DNA of 62,925 nt. Source: an uncultured Sphingobacteriales bacterium (GTDB lineage: Bacteria; Bacteroidota; Bacteroidia; CAILMK01; CAYYUA01). The notes under the pieces were generated by a model. That model made no database searches, was not told the DNA's origin, and saw only the letters and a list, made by a program, of their open reading frames with translations. Every line of letters begins with the position of its first letter. Within the stretch, counting starts at the first letter, position 1. Positions 1 through 12,532 of the stretch are shown here, piece by piece. The position numbers and the translations under genes were made by a program. Where the stretch lies: the NCBI GenBank assembly GCA_964549595.1, contig CAZJWK010000002.1, positions 31,823-94,747 on the forward strand, written 5' to 3'.

Positions 1-92
1 CCGAAGCTTCCCCTGGTCCCCATGATGCGCGTTATCTTTTTAATCACTTTCATCAATTATTGAGTCAATACAAAGGTCACTCCGTTCAATAA
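1..92 (+). CDS. carA: carbamoyl-phosphate synthase small subunit, 3' end (5'-truncated by window)
   Basis: Frame from nt 3 reads EASPGPHDARYLFNHF...VQ*; (HP)EASPGPHD is the CarA C-terminal signature; TAA at 90-92. Confidence 0.9.
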   Translation, partial: EASPGPHDARYLFNHFHQLLSQYKGHSVQ

Positions 93-1405
<1,313 letters not shown>

Positions 1406-1531
1406 ATCATTTTAAAGAGCGGAATGGGTTTTCTCGTTCCGCTTATTATTTTGCTTAGCAAAAAGGTCCATCCAATAACTATTGTTTGAATTCCTTTCAG
1501 TGATTTTTTTATTTTTGGAAAAGCTTTTGTT

Positions 1532-1837
1532 ATGAAGGAGCAATACCTGAATATCCTTAAAAATAAATACTTCATCGTTACCGCTATTGTTTTGGTTTGG
1601 ATGACTTTCTTTGATAGCAACAACTTTATCCATATAGTCAATAAAACAGTGAAATTACAAGCGTTAAAGAAAGAGAAGAACTATTACCTGGAAAAGATGA
1701 AAGAAACCAAAAAAGCAAGGCGAGAGCTTATGAAAAACGGGGAATCCCTGGAAAGGTTTGCCCGTGAAAAATACTTTATGAAAAAGCCTAATGAAGATTT
1801 ATACGTGGTTATTGAAGAAGATAACCAGCATGATTAA
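1532..1837 (+). CDS. ftsB: septum formation initiator FtsB/DivIC family
   Basis: Single TM, coiled coil, LERFAREKYFMKKPNEDLY motif; eno-ftsB synteny. Confidence 0.85.
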   Translation: MKEQYLNILKNKYFIVTAIVLVWMTFFDSNNFIHIVNKTVKLQALKKEKNYYLEKMKETKKARRELMKNGESLERFAREKYFMKKPNEDLYVVIEEDNQHD

Positions 1838-1844
1838 TGCATTG

Positions 1845-3155
1845 CTAATTGCTCTTCAGGGCCCTCTTTAATTTATCGATTTTTACATTGCATTCTTCAA
1901 ATTCCTCTTCAGGATTGGCATCAAAGGTGATGGCCGAGCCAACGGGGATAGATACATATTGATTATCAGCATTGTAAAGGAAGGACCTGATGATCACATT
2001 GAAATCAAAATCCCCCCAGGGAGTGATATAACCTATTGCACCAGAAAAAATACCCCTTTTGAAATTTTCATATTTTTCAATAAGTGTCATTGCGCTAACC
2101 TTTGGTGCTCCGGTCATTGAACCCATTGGGAAAGCATTTTTAATGGCTTCTATGGTATCCGTTTGGTCAGTCATCTCTGCGGTTACTGTGGATATCATTT
2201 GATGGACGGCAGGAAAGGGGTATATTCCAAACAATTCTTCTACCTGCACAGAACCCGGGATGGCACTTTTGGCCAGGTCATTTCTTACAAGGTCTACTAT
2301 CATGACATTTTCAGCCCTTTCCTTATCATTATTCCTGAGCGCTTCTTTTAAGGCTTTATCTTTTTCCGGGGTTTGGCCCCGCTTAATGGTACCCTTAATA
2401 GGCTGGGATATAAGTTTTCTACCGGTTTTCTTCAAAAAACGCTCCATGCTTGCAGAAATAACATAATGTTCATGGTAACGATAAAAACAAGCAAAGGGCG
2501 TTGGTGAGGTTTTCATTAAATCCTTAAAAAGTGAAAAGGGATTTAACCTGGTCTTTTCGGCATAAAATTCCTGGCAAAAGTTGACTTCATAAACATTGCC
2601 ATCAATAATCTCCTGGATTAAGGAATTAGCCCTGCTTATGTACTCCTTTCGAGGGAGGTTGTTATAGAATCTAACGCTTTGGGAATTTTTATTCTTCCTC
2701 GTTTCGCATTCCGTTTGAATATTTTGGTATAGTTGTTCAATGGTTGATTGGTTAGGACCGTAAATGATTAAATCATTCTTTTTAAGGGCAATCACCCATT
2801 CGGGGATAAAAAAGTGCAAGTCATCAAATTGTTGATTGTCCTCATTTTTAGAAGATAATGCTTCCAAATCATTTTTTAGGTCATAGGCCAAATGCCCAAA
2901 ACACCATTCATTGTTCAGCCAATGGCTAAGGGCTTCAAAATTTTTTCCTTTTGGGGATGAAAATATTTGGTCTTTGGCTCCTCCACCGACCAGTAAATCA
3001 TAGGTATGATATTGCGGGGAAGCGTCAGCAGTTGTTTGAGAATAAAAATTATTGGAGTCAAGGTAACAGAATACCGAATAATTTTCTAAAAGAGCGAGGA
3101 TATTATTTCGTAAGGAGGAATGGTTTCCCTCCCAGCGAAAATGCTTTTCCTTCAT
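1845..3155 (-). CDS. pabB: aminodeoxychorismate synthase component I (chorismate-binding family)
   Basis: PIKGT, KERAENVMIVDLVRNDL, FPMGSMTGAPK motifs; PIKGT favours PabB over TrpE. Confidence 0.8.
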   Translation of the reverse strand: MKEKHFRWEGNHSSLRNNILALLENYSVFCYLDSNNFYSQTTADASPQYHTYDLLVGGGAKDQIFSSPKGKNFEALSHWLNNEWCFGHLAYDLKNDLEALSSKNEDNQQFDDLHFFIPEWVIALKKNDLIIYGPNQSTIEQLYQNIQTECETRKNKNSQSVRFYNNLPRKEYISRANSLIQEIIDGNVYEVNFCQEFYAEKTRLNPFSLFKDLMKTSPTPFACFYRYHEHYVISASMERFLKKTGRKLISQPIKGTIKRGQTPEKDKALKEALRNNDKERAENVMIVDLVRNDLAKSAIPGSVQVEELFGIYPFPAVHQMISTVTAEMTDQTDTIEAIKNAFPMGSMTGAPKVSAMTLIEKYENFKRGIFSGAIGYITPWGDFDFNVIIRSFLYNADNQYVSIPVGSAITFDANPEEEFEECNVKIDKLKRALKSN

Positions 3156-3170
3156 GGATTTACCCTTTTC

Positions 3171-6100
3171 CTAACGCATGAGGTAAAGTTTTCCGATATT
3201 TTTTTCGAAAAATTGATCACCTGCGGTTTTTCGATGGTCAATGCTTTCTCCATTCAGGTAAGCCTTTACTTTATAAAAATAAACACCGTTTCCTACCGGG
3301 TCCCCAAATTCATCCTTTCCGTGCCAGACATAATTGGTTTTGTTAACACCAATATTTAGGGGGCCAAGTTCATCTTTGGTAATTTCTTTTATGACTTTCC
3401 CTCTGATAGTCATTATTTGGATATTGATTTTATCGGGGACCTGAGAACCTGTTAGGGTAAACACAAAACGCATACGGCTGGTAAAAGGGTTGGGATAGGG
3501 GTAAAAATTGGTGATAGTGGATTCGTTAATGACTTTAAATTGCTTTTGGTACAACCTATTCCCTGATCGGTTCCCGGTTTCGTCCTTTGCTTGTATTTTA
3601 AGTTCGTAATCGCCGTTTTTCAAGCTTTTCTGCGGCTCATACATGACGGTAGCTTTATTTTGTTTCCCGTTTTCAGCCGGATAGAAATCCAGATCTTCCT
3701 GGTAGTCCAGCTTTTGTTCCTTACCCCCGGGCTTTTTTAATAAAACCTTGATTTGAGCAGTATCATTCAGTAGTAAATAGTTGTTGTCATCCTCTGCTTT
3801 AATTCGGATTTTCGGTTGTGGGGAAACTATGGCTCCGTCCATTATATGTCTGCCATTAAATGTGACATCAATGGCGGGATCTGTTTTGTCCTTCTTGACA
3901 TAAAAATCTCTTGTAATCACGTTGTTGAACAGGTACTGCTCCGGTTGATCCAATTCCGGATTAACAGTGGACCTTATAGTGTAGGAACCGGAAAGGTTAT
4001 TGGTGGGCCATTTTTTTCCATCAATAATGGAATCTTTTGGATCCAGGGGATTATGGGTTTTACTTACATTAAATACCTGGTTACGGTTATCATCCAAAAT
4101 TTTATGCTTCCATAACACACTGTCCATTGCAAACTGACTAATGTTTTGATAGGCAGTTTTGAATCTTAAACTATCTCCTTGTTGCAATGTATCCTTATAA
4201 AAATTAAAAGCCAAATTGGGCTGAATAGTACCTTCCGGAACAAATTCATAAAGCACTATCCAATTAGCCAGTTTTGGAGGTGTGACATTAGTGGAATCGA
4301 AAAAATCTGCTTTTAACTTGAGAAATGGATATTGCTCTGCGTTTATGTCTTCAATAGAGTGACTACCTGTTGGCAAGTCTGTTTTTAACGTTTCCTCATC
4401 ACCGTTTTTTTTAACACCAATAATGGAAAAAGAAGCAGAATCATCTGAGGGACTTTCTAGTGGAGAAGTTTGAAGGGTGGCTTCCTGCCAGTTTTTGGAT
4501 GGCCCTATCAATGTAGATGTGACCTGTCCAAAAGGTTGTATTGGAGCCATTTGCAAAGTGGTGCTTAGGTTCTGATTAGACGGTTGGGTAGAAATGCTTG
4601 TATCCGGGAGTTTTTCAGATGTTGAACCAATTGCCTCACCTTTTTCCCCTTTCAGGATATAAGGCCAGCCATTCTTTATTTGTCTTATTTGGTCACCGCC
4701 CAAATTTTCTATTTTTCGATAGACCTCTCCCCACAAGTTTTCAAATTGATGCTCATTTCGGGTAGAGAGTAATATCTTATACCCGTTGGGGATGGAATCC
4801 AAATGATTAAGGAAATCCTTGACAACAGCAGTATCTATTTCCCCGTTATTCTTTGTCCAATCGAACGTGAATACACCAGTGTATTTTTTATTATGGCCGT
4901 CTTTGTCGCCTACGTTTGACAATTTATTGTAAGGGCTTTCATAATAAAACCTTTCTACTTGATCCGGCTCAATGGCGAGGACAAGTACTCCATTTTTAGG
5001 CCCCCCATAGTAAAGAAGCTGAGATCCTCTATTCTCATATCGGAATGTAATACCTTGAGGCCTTACATTCGTCTTATAACGTCCTCTCACTTGGCGGTTA
5101 AAATTTAATATTCTACTCCCCGTATCAATGGTCATATCCCTGGTTTTACTACCTAAAATCTGGTAATAATTACCTTGCGCCCACCCTGATGGGCTACCTT
5201 TAATATATATAAAGGAACTGGTTTCCCAGGCATTGTTTCCATTATTGCCTTTTAACCGAACCCGCCAGAAATAAACTGTTGAATCCTTATTAAGTAGCCT
5301 TGTATTCCATCCTACGAAAGATCCGTCTTTAATAGGTCCGGAGCTTTTCTTATAAGGACTGGAAAATGAAGGGGTTGTGTCAATTTCAAATTCATAAGTG
5401 GCTTGATTAAGGAAAAGGTTGTTAGCTTGTGCTTTTAGCCTGACATTTTTTTGAGGTACGATGCCAAATTCCCGTGGCGAAATGGGGCTAACTCCCTTTG
5501 AAGGGAAGAATTTCTCAATTATAGCCGTATTATTGCTTTCACTGATTTCACGTATCTTTTTCTTTGGGTCTAATGTGATTTTGAATTTATTTTTTCCTTT
5601 GAATTTGCTATTGGGTTTTATGTAAATCACTGTCGTATCACTGAAATAGGGGGCTTTTATTTTAAAGGAATCGTAAACCTTAGAGGAAAAATCAGCAAAA
5701 GTTTGTTTGACCCTGATCGAGAAGGAATCATTAACAGCCCTCCCCAGATTTGAGGTTATAATGCTTAACCCGAAAGAATCCATTGAAGTGTTAGGATTAG
5801 AGGGGATAAATTTTATTTGGGCTTTGTTTGTTTCGTAATCGGGCTTTTTCGGTGAATAAAGTTTCAAGGCAGGATCTCCTTGCAATGTTTTTTGAAAGAT
5901 TTGGTTTTCATTTTGAATATGATATCGAGAGGAGCCTCCATCATGCTTAAAGTCGTTAATTGTGCCCAATAGGATATCACCTAAGTTTTGCCCGTATTTT
6001 TTCTGGAATAAATTTTTGTAAAAGTCTCTTGTATAGGGCTGAAGGAAACTTGGGAAGCTGAAATGGGATTCAGCAAGCCAAGCAATTCCTCCCTTTTTGG

Positions 6101-8201
6101 ACATAATGAATCGATCCACCATTTTCGGCGATGGATTGTACGAATCACCCAATATACAGCCACTAAAGTAGAATATGGGATAGTTGGCTTTGTTTTGGGT
6201 ATAGGCCTCTGGCTCCCCAATATCCACTTCCAGTTTTTCAGCCGCACCATGCCCAAAATAATTTACCATTTGCAAACCATTGTTAAGCTTTTCTATAAAA
6301 TCCGCTTTAAGGGTTTTGTCGACCGGGAAGGACTTACTTTTCGAAAGGTTATAAATATTGGCCCCAAAATTGGTATCCCTTGCAATATCCGCGTAATTTC
6401 TCAAATAGGTTTTGATTCGTTCGTTAAGGCCTTTACCTTTACCCCCTGCTATATGCATAAGATTTTTTCGCCACTTGAGCCCTTCCTGCTTGGTTTTGAT
6501 TTGGTTTTCGTAAGCAGTAAGCTTATTAAAATAGTTGAGGGCTTTTTGATTGTCGGTGGCAGGTATGCGACCCACAGCTACCGGAATATTGGTAGTTTTT
6601 TGGTTAAATTTTTTAAGGTTGTAGACGAATAAATTATCTGAGGGAGGGTTCCCGATAGCAGGCACCAAATCTTCGTTAATAAGATTCTCTCTTCTTACGT
6701 GTTTGTTAGAGAGCCCATTTCCCAATAATAAGAGGTAATCCGGCAATTTGGATCTTTTAGCCAGGCTTTTCATAAAATACCGGATGGATAACGGATGATG
6801 GATACCGTAACTAAATTGGTTAAAAAGGTCTGAAACGTAAACTTTATTGACTGTATAATCCCTCGAGCGATAATTGGCATATTGTTGGGCTACTTTTTTT
6901 AGCTTTTTGTTGGTGATTATTAGATACTCGAGGTCTTCCGGGATTTTTTGATCGAAATTTTTCATTTCCACCTTAACCGGGTCCACTTTAGTCAATTTGT
7001 TTTCATCAGTAAGTAATAAATCTTGTTTCCCCACTATGGCAGGGATTAATGCCTTAAACTTATTTTGGGCAAGGGTTCCTTTCACAATGGCCTGATTGGC
7101 TTTATCAAAAATTAACGGTTTATTAAGATTAGAAGGATATCCGGGAAATTCAACCAGGTATTGGCCGTTGTTCTTTTTATTGAAGGCAAAGCTGAAAGGT
7201 AATGTCCCACCAAGCTCAAATGTTTTAGGGTATTTGAGTTTGATATAAAATATATAACACCGCCCGTAACCAATATTGCCAGGTGATTGAAATCGGGGAG
7301 TGCGTTTTATATTAAATTTAGTCTTTTTATTTTTTAAGGCTTTCTGATTTAGGGGAAATGTTTCTAACTTATATTGGAAAGATTTATGCCAAACGTTGTG
7401 TTTGACCTGCCCGCCATTTACACGGATTTCTGTTCGGTGATTATATCGCTCTCCTGAGTTGTCTTCGTAGAATCCGTTTTTTTCGGGGCTGAACAATAAT
7501 AATTCTGCCTTTGGTTGGGGGCCGGCTTGGTAGAAGTTTTCGGTATTGATAGAAAAGTTTCTGTCTATATAGGGTGTATATTCCACGGACCACCCTTCGC
7601 CTGTTGTGTAATGGGAATTGCCAAAAACACCAGCATTCTCAACATTGGAAAACCCGGATCGGTAATCCTTTTGGATTGTATAATTACGGTTGGTTAGGGT
7701 AAGGCCTGTTTTAATAAAGTACTTCTCGGGGTTGTAATTAGCATAATTGGTGTTTTTGATGGTTTTGTAACGCTTCCCATTCGCTCCTTGCTTCCAGGTC
7801 AGAAAATAAGATGCTGAGTCCGTGTAAAGGCTTGAAAATTTATGGGGTTGATCTTCAGGGTTTTTATAGAGTCCCGAGTCCAGGGCGCCGTCATTTTTTT
7901 CCCCCAAAAAAATGATATGATCACCCTGGTCAAAGCTGTTATCTCCACCTGTTTGAATACGGATGGGCTGCTCTTTGCCCATATTAAATAACTGAAAATT
8001 ATTGGGGTCAATGGTAGAAGGATTAATGCTGGTTTTTTGATCTATTGATTTAAAAGTGATTTTATAAACTCCTTTTTCGCCCACTTTAAATTTCAGGTAA
8101 GTCTGGTTTGGGTTAATCCATTCATTGGAAGGAACCTGGCTATCCGCAAAAAAAGGAAGGGATATTAGTAGGAGACTTGAAGTCACTAAAACCTTGTTCA
8201 T
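3171..8201 (-). CDS. C25 (gingipain/PorU-like) cysteine peptidase with Ig-like domains and T9SS-type C-terminal domain, 1676 aa
   Basis: Signal peptide; YLIIT, YLLLLG, SDNLF, AVGRIPA, NYFGHG (His), FSGC (Cys), LQGDPA; C-terminal YPNPF...WHGKD...GVYFYKV. Confidence 0.85.
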   Translation of the reverse strand: MNKVLVTSSLLLISLPFFADSQVPSNEWINPNQTYLKFKVGEKGVYKITFKSIDQKTSINPSTIDPNNFQLFNMGKEQPIRIQTGGDNSFDQGDHIIFLGEKNDGALDSGLYKNPEDQPHKFSSLYTDSASYFLTWKQGANGKRYKTIKNTNYANYNPEKYFIKTGLTLTNRNYTIQKDYRSGFSNVENAGVFGNSHYTTGEGWSVEYTPYIDRNFSINTENFYQAGPQPKAELLLFSPEKNGFYEDNSGERYNHRTEIRVNGGQVKHNVWHKSFQYKLETFPLNQKALKNKKTKFNIKRTPRFQSPGNIGYGRCYIFYIKLKYPKTFELGGTLPFSFAFNKKNNGQYLVEFPGYPSNLNKPLIFDKANQAIVKGTLAQNKFKALIPAIVGKQDLLLTDENKLTKVDPVKVEMKNFDQKIPEDLEYLIITNKKLKKVAQQYANYRSRDYTVNKVYVSDLFNQFSYGIHHPLSIRYFMKSLAKRSKLPDYLLLLGNGLSNKHVRRENLINEDLVPAIGNPPSDNLFVYNLKKFNQKTTNIPVAVGRIPATDNQKALNYFNKLTAYENQIKTKQEGLKWRKNLMHIAGGKGKGLNERIKTYLRNYADIARDTNFGANIYNLSKSKSFPVDKTLKADFIEKLNNGLQMVNYFGHGAAEKLEVDIGEPEAYTQNKANYPIFYFSGCILGDSYNPSPKMVDRFIMSKKGGIAWLAESHFSFPSFLQPYTRDFYKNLFQKKYGQNLGDILLGTINDFKHDGGSSRYHIQNENQIFQKTLQGDPALKLYSPKKPDYETNKAQIKFIPSNPNTSMDSFGLSIITSNLGRAVNDSFSIRVKQTFADFSSKVYDSFKIKAPYFSDTTVIYIKPNSKFKGKNKFKITLDPKKKIREISESNNTAIIEKFFPSKGVSPISPREFGIVPQKNVRLKAQANNLFLNQATYEFEIDTTPSFSSPYKKSSGPIKDGSFVGWNTRLLNKDSTVYFWRVRLKGNNGNNAWETSSFIYIKGSPSGWAQGNYYQILGSKTRDMTIDTGSRILNFNRQVRGRYKTNVRPQGITFRYENRGSQLLYYGGPKNGVLVLAIEPDQVERFYYESPYNKLSNVGDKDGHNKKYTGVFTFDWTKNNGEIDTAVVKDFLNHLDSIPNGYKILLSTRNEHQFENLWGEVYRKIENLGGDQIRQIKNGWPYILKGEKGEAIGSTSEKLPDTSISTQPSNQNLSTTLQMAPIQPFGQVTSTLIGPSKNWQEATLQTSPLESPSDDSASFSIIGVKKNGDEETLKTDLPTGSHSIEDINAEQYPFLKLKADFFDSTNVTPPKLANWIVLYEFVPEGTIQPNLAFNFYKDTLQQGDSLRFKTAYQNISQFAMDSVLWKHKILDDNRNQVFNVSKTHNPLDPKDSIIDGKKWPTNNLSGSYTIRSTVNPELDQPEQYLFNNVITRDFYVKKDKTDPAIDVTFNGRHIMDGAIVSPQPKIRIKAEDDNNYLLLNDTAQIKVLLKKPGGKEQKLDYQEDLDFYPAENGKQNKATVMYEPQKSLKNGDYELKIQAKDETGNRSGNRLYQKQFKVINESTITNFYPYPNPFTSRMRFVFTLTGSQVPDKINIQIMTIRGKVIKEITKDELGPLNIGVNKTNYVWHGKDEFGDPVGNGVYFYKVKAYLNGESIDHRKTAGDQFFEKNIGKLYLMR

Positions 8202-8237
8202 ATTTTGTTTTTATTCCTATAGTTATGAACAAAGAAA

Positions 8238-8245
8238 CAAAGATA
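8238..8245 (-). promoter_or_regulatory. Bacteroidota sigma-ABfr -7 element for the C25 peptidase gene
   Basis: TATCTTTG on minus strand matches TAnnTTTG, about 36 nt before ATG. Confidence 0.55.
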
Positions 8246-8369
8246 TTCTAATAAAAGGTTTCTTATTGGGTTTTTCATTTTAAGTGGGTTCTACTATCAA
8301 AGGATTTAAATGAACCATTTATTTCCTGTTGTAATTTCATTTTAATGGCCTAAAAATACTATTTATCTT

Positions 8370-8377
8370 TAAATTTG
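8370..8377 (+). promoter_or_regulatory. -7 promoter element for sucA-sucB-lpdA
   Basis: TAAATTTG(C) about 28 nt before sucA ATG. Confidence 0.6.
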
Positions 8378-8405
8378 CAAAAATAAAATAGCCGGGAATT
8401 GAATT

Positions 8406-11132
8406 ATGAATCCAATGTCAATCATTTATAGTGCTGATAGCAAATACGTGGATTCCTTGTACAAAACCTACAAAGACAATCCGGAAGCAGTTGACGAAAC
8501 CTGGAGGCAATTCTTTGAAGGGTTTGATTTTGCCCTTACTATGAATGGAACGGGACAGGATTTATCGGAAGGGCAACTTCAAAAGGAAATCAATGTTTAC
8601 CGGTTGATTGAAGGCTACCGTTACAGGGGGCATTTATTGTCTGATACCAACCCGATTCGAGAGCGGAAAGACCGGGAGGCGCACTTGTCCCTTGAACATT
8701 ATGGTTTAAGTGAAAACGATTGGGATTCAGAATTTTTAGTGGGAAGCGATTTAGGCTTAGGCACGGCTACTTTAAGGGACATTATCAATCACCTTCAGAA
8801 AATTTATACAGGTTCCATAGGTGTCGAGTATAAACACATCAGAAAGAATGAGCACCTGGAATGGGTTAAAGGAAAATTTGAACAGGAATATCCTAACTTA
8901 AAGTTCTCATTAAATAAGAAGAAAAGAATACTGGAAAAGCTAAATGAGGCTGCGGTATTCGAGAATTTTCTCCATACCAAATACGTGGGCCAAAAGAGGT
9001 TTTCCCTTGAGGGTGGTGAAAATACCATTCCCGCTCTGGATGCTATTATTTCAGACAGTGCTGAGCAAGGTGTACAGGAGGTTGTCTTAGGCATGGCTCA
9101 TCGAGGAAGGTTAAATGTGTTAGCGAATATTCTTGGTAAGACTTATGAATACATATTCAGTGAGTTTGAGGGAGAAGCCGAGCCGGATTTAACGATGGGT
9201 GACGGGGACGTTAAATATCACCTCGGTTTTGGTTCACAGGTTCAAACCTCCGAAGGTAAAGACGTTCATGTCAAACTGGCTCCTAACCCTTCTCATTTGG
9301 AGTCTGTGGATCCCGTTGTTGAGGGTTATGCCCGTGGAAAATCAGATGTCCTGTACAATGAGGATTCTAACAAAATTTTACCCATTTTACTTCACGGGGA
9401 TGCAGCCTTATCCGGTCAGGGAGTTGTTTACGAGGTAATGCAGATGTCCGCTTTAGATGGTTATACAACGGGCGGAACCATCCATTTTGTAATCAACAAC
9501 CAAATTGGATTTACCACGGATTTTGATCAAGGTCGTTCTTCAGATTACTCCACAAGCGTGGGAAAAGTAGTGGATACACCGATTATTCATGTGAACGGGG
9601 ACGATGCAGAGGCTGTGGTGTATGCGGTTCAATTGGCGGTTGAATTTCGTCAGAAATTTAACCATGATATTTTCGTGGACATGGTTTGTTACCGCAAACA
9701 CGGCCACAACGAAGGAGACGATCCAAAAATTACCCAACCAAGCCTCTATCAAAAAATTGCGGACCATCCGGATCCCAGGGAAGTTTATAGCCAGCGGCTG
9801 GTTGAAGAGGGAGATATTGAAGCGCAAATGGCGAAAGACCTCAAAAAGGATTTCAAGAAAAAGCTTCAGGACCGCCTTAATATGGTCCGGGAACAACCCT
9901 TGGAATATGAATACCAAGAGCCGGATAAGGAATGGCGAAAATTAAGAAGATCTCAGCCTGAGGATTTTAACGAATCTCCTGATACTAGTGTGAGTAAGGA
10001 ATCTCTTGAAAAAGTAATTAAGGCATTAACCTATAAACCGGAAGAATTTACCCCCATAAAACAAATAAAAAAGGAGCTTGAAAAACGCCAAAAGGGTTGG
10101 GAAGAAGGGCAATTTGATTGGGCTTTAGGGGAATTGACGGCTTATGGCACCTTAATGCTTGATGGCAATGATGTTAGATTAAGTGGTCAGGATACAGTGA
10201 GGGGTACTTTTGCTCATCGGCATTCTGTTATCTTTGACGCTAATGATAATACGCCCTTTAACAGCCTTAATCACATTGATAACGCTAAAGGGAATTTTCG
10301 TGTGTATAATTCCCTTCTGTCAGAAAACGCTGCTTTGGGATTTGAATATGGTTATGCCCTGGCTTATCCTTATTCGTTGACCATTTGGGAAGCGCAATTC
10401 GGAGATTTTAATAATGGTGCACAAACCGTGATTGATCAGTTTATTGCCTCCGGAGAATCCAAATGGCAAAAAATGAACGGATTGGTAATGCTTCTTCCTC
10501 ATGGTTACGAGGGGCAAGGGCCGGAACATTCAAATGCCCGGCCCGAAAGGTTTCTGCAACTTGCCGCTGAGCAAAATTTAGTATTGGGCAATTTTACAAC
10601 ACCCGCCAATTTTTTCCATGCCCTGAGGCGGCAACTCAAATGGGAATTCCGAAAGCCGTTGATTGTCATGAGTCCAAAATCCCTCCTGAGGCATCCTCGC
10701 TGCGTTTCGGATATTAGTGAGTTTACAGAGGGAAAATTCAGAGAGCTCATTGATGATGAAGCGTTTAGGGATAATCCCGAAAAAGCGGAGCGGGTTTTGT
10801 TATGCAGCGGCAAAGTTTATTACGACTTGTTAGCCAAAAAAGAGGAACAAGGGATCGATAACATAGCCATTATTCGATTGGAACAACTATACCCCATGCC
10901 TGAAAATCAATTGGAGGCTGTTTACGAAAGGTATAGCAATGCGGATTTTTATTGGGTTCAGGAAGAGCCCAAAAATATGGGACCTTGGACTTACTTACTA
11001 AGGTGGGAGGAAAACTGTAAACATTTAAAATTGATTGCCAGAAAAGCGAGTGCTTCACCTGCTACTGGTTTTCACAAAGTCCATGAGCGGGAGCAGCAAG
11101 CTATTGTCAATGAAGCATTAGGGTTAGAATGA
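8406..11132 (+). CDS. sucA: 2-oxoglutarate dehydrogenase E1
   Basis: KRFSLEGGE, GMAHRGRLN, GDVKYHLG, HGDAA, WEAQFGDF, HGYEGQGPEHS. Confidence 0.97.
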   Translation: MNPMSIIYSADSKYVDSLYKTYKDNPEAVDETWRQFFEGFDFALTMNGTGQDLSEGQLQKEINVYRLIEGYRYRGHLLSDTNPIRERKDREAHLSLEHYGLSENDWDSEFLVGSDLGLGTATLRDIINHLQKIYTGSIGVEYKHIRKNEHLEWVKGKFEQEYPNLKFSLNKKKRILEKLNEAAVFENFLHTKYVGQKRFSLEGGENTIPALDAIISDSAEQGVQEVVLGMAHRGRLNVLANILGKTYEYIFSEFEGEAEPDLTMGDGDVKYHLGFGSQVQTSEGKDVHVKLAPNPSHLESVDPVVEGYARGKSDVLYNEDSNKILPILLHGDAALSGQGVVYEVMQMSALDGYTTGGTIHFVINNQIGFTTDFDQGRSSDYSTSVGKVVDTPIIHVNGDDAEAVVYAVQLAVEFRQKFNHDIFVDMVCYRKHGHNEGDDPKITQPSLYQKIADHPDPREVYSQRLVEEGDIEAQMAKDLKKDFKKKLQDRLNMVREQPLEYEYQEPDKEWRKLRRSQPEDFNESPDTSVSKESLEKVIKALTYKPEEFTPIKQIKKELEKRQKGWEEGQFDWALGELTAYGTLMLDGNDVRLSGQDTVRGTFAHRHSVIFDANDNTPFNSLNHIDNAKGNFRVYNSLLSENAALGFEYGYALAYPYSLTIWEAQFGDFNNGAQTVIDQFIASGESKWQKMNGLVMLLPHGYEGQGPEHSNARPERFLQLAAEQNLVLGNFTTPANFFHALRRQLKWEFRKPLIVMSPKSLLRHPRCVSDISEFTEGKFRELIDDEAFRDNPEKAERVLLCSGKVYYDLLAKKEEQGIDNIAIIRLEQLYPMPENQLEAVYERYSNADFYWVQEEPKNMGPWTYLLRWEENCKHLKLIARKASASPATGFHKVHEREQQAIVNEALGLE

Positions 11133-11162
11133 TCAACTGAGAACAATAAATAATTATTCACC

Positions 11163-12467
11163 ATGCCAGTAGATATTAAAGTGCCCAACATTGGAGAATC
11201 TGTTAGTGAAGTAACTATTTCCAGCTGGACGAAAAATGAAGGGGATTATGTGGAAATGGATGAAGTCATTTGCGAGATAGAATCCGATAAAGCTACCTTT
11301 GAGCTCAATGCCGAGGATGATGGTATTTTACATATTGAGGTTGAAGAGGGCGAAACGGTTAGTGTAGGTGATAAAGTCGCTTCCATTGATACTGAAGCGG
11401 CTGCTCCTGAGAAGGCAAGTGAGGAAGAAGAAAAAGCTGAAGCGGTTTCTGAGGAAACTGAGAAAAAAGAAAGTGCTCCTGCTGCCGAACCTGAAGGTAA
11501 GCAAACCTACGCCACGGGTACTCCATCGCCTGCTGCTAAGAAGATTTTAGATGAAAATGGTATCAACCCGGATGAAGTGAAGGGAACGGGTAAAGATGGG
11601 CGCATTACAAAGGATGATGCGCAAAAAGCTGTTGCTGAAAAGTCAGCTCCCAAGGAAAAAGCAGAAAAAACTAAGGAGGAACCTGCTAAAGAAAAAGCTT
11701 CTTCCGAAAACGAAACCCCCGAGTTGGGTGAAGCACCCAAACCTAAAAGTCACGGGATAACCCGCGAGGTCAGAAAAGAAAAAATGACCACGCTAAGGAA
11801 GACCATCTCCAAAAAACTGGTGGCTGCTAAGAATGAGACGGCCATGCTAACCACCTTCAATGAGGTAGACATGAAAAACCTCATGGATCTGCGCAAAAAA
11901 TACAAAGACCCATTCAAGGAAAAGTTTGATGTAAACCTGGGTTTCATGTCTTTTTTTGCGAAGGCAGTTTGTGAAGCCGTCAAGGAATATCCTGCCGTTA
12001 ATGCCAAGATCCTTGAGGAAGAAGAAGCCATTGAATACTATGACTATGTGGACCTTGGTATTGCCGTTTCCACTCCACGGGGATTGGTGGTCCCGAATAT
12101 CAGGAATGCCGAATCCATGAGTTTTGAAGAAATAGAAAAATCGGTCATCCATTTTGCACAGAAGGCCAGGGATAATAAGATAGGTGTGGATGAAATGCAG
12201 GGAGGCACATTTTCCATCACCAATGGAGGCATTTTTGGCTCTATGCTTTCCACCCCGATACTGAATGCCCCACAATCAGCCATTTTAGGGATGCACAATA
12301 TTGTGGAGAGGCCCGTGGCTATTGATGGAGAAGTAGTGATCAGACCCATTATGTACGTAGCACTTTCCTATGATCACAGGCTGGTTGATGGCAAGGAATC
12401 GGTTAGTTTCCTTTACCGGATTAAGGAGTTCATTGAGGACCCTGCCAGGTTATTATTAGGGGTTTAA
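11163..12467 (+). CDS. sucB: dihydrolipoyl succinyltransferase E2
   Basis: Lipoyl ESDKA, E3-binding GTGKDGRIT, catalytic SYDHRLVDG. Confidence 0.97.
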   Translation: MPVDIKVPNIGESVSEVTISSWTKNEGDYVEMDEVICEIESDKATFELNAEDDGILHIEVEEGETVSVGDKVASIDTEAAAPEKASEEEEKAEAVSEETEKKESAPAAEPEGKQTYATGTPSPAAKKILDENGINPDEVKGTGKDGRITKDDAQKAVAEKSAPKEKAEKTKEEPAKEKASSENETPELGEAPKPKSHGITREVRKEKMTTLRKTISKKLVAAKNETAMLTTFNEVDMKNLMDLRKKYKDPFKEKFDVNLGFMSFFAKAVCEAVKEYPAVNAKILEEEEAIEYYDYVDLGIAVSTPRGLVVPNIRNAESMSFEEIEKSVIHFAQKARDNKIGVDEMQGGTFSITNGGIFGSMLSTPILNAPQSAILGMHNIVERPVAIDGEVVIRPIMYVALSYDHRLVDGKESVSFLYRIKEFIEDPARLLLGV

Positions 12468-12532
12468 TGGATTCATTAAATTTAAATACAAGAAAAACAA
12501 TCATTTAGCCAACAAAAGATAATTCTAAACCA

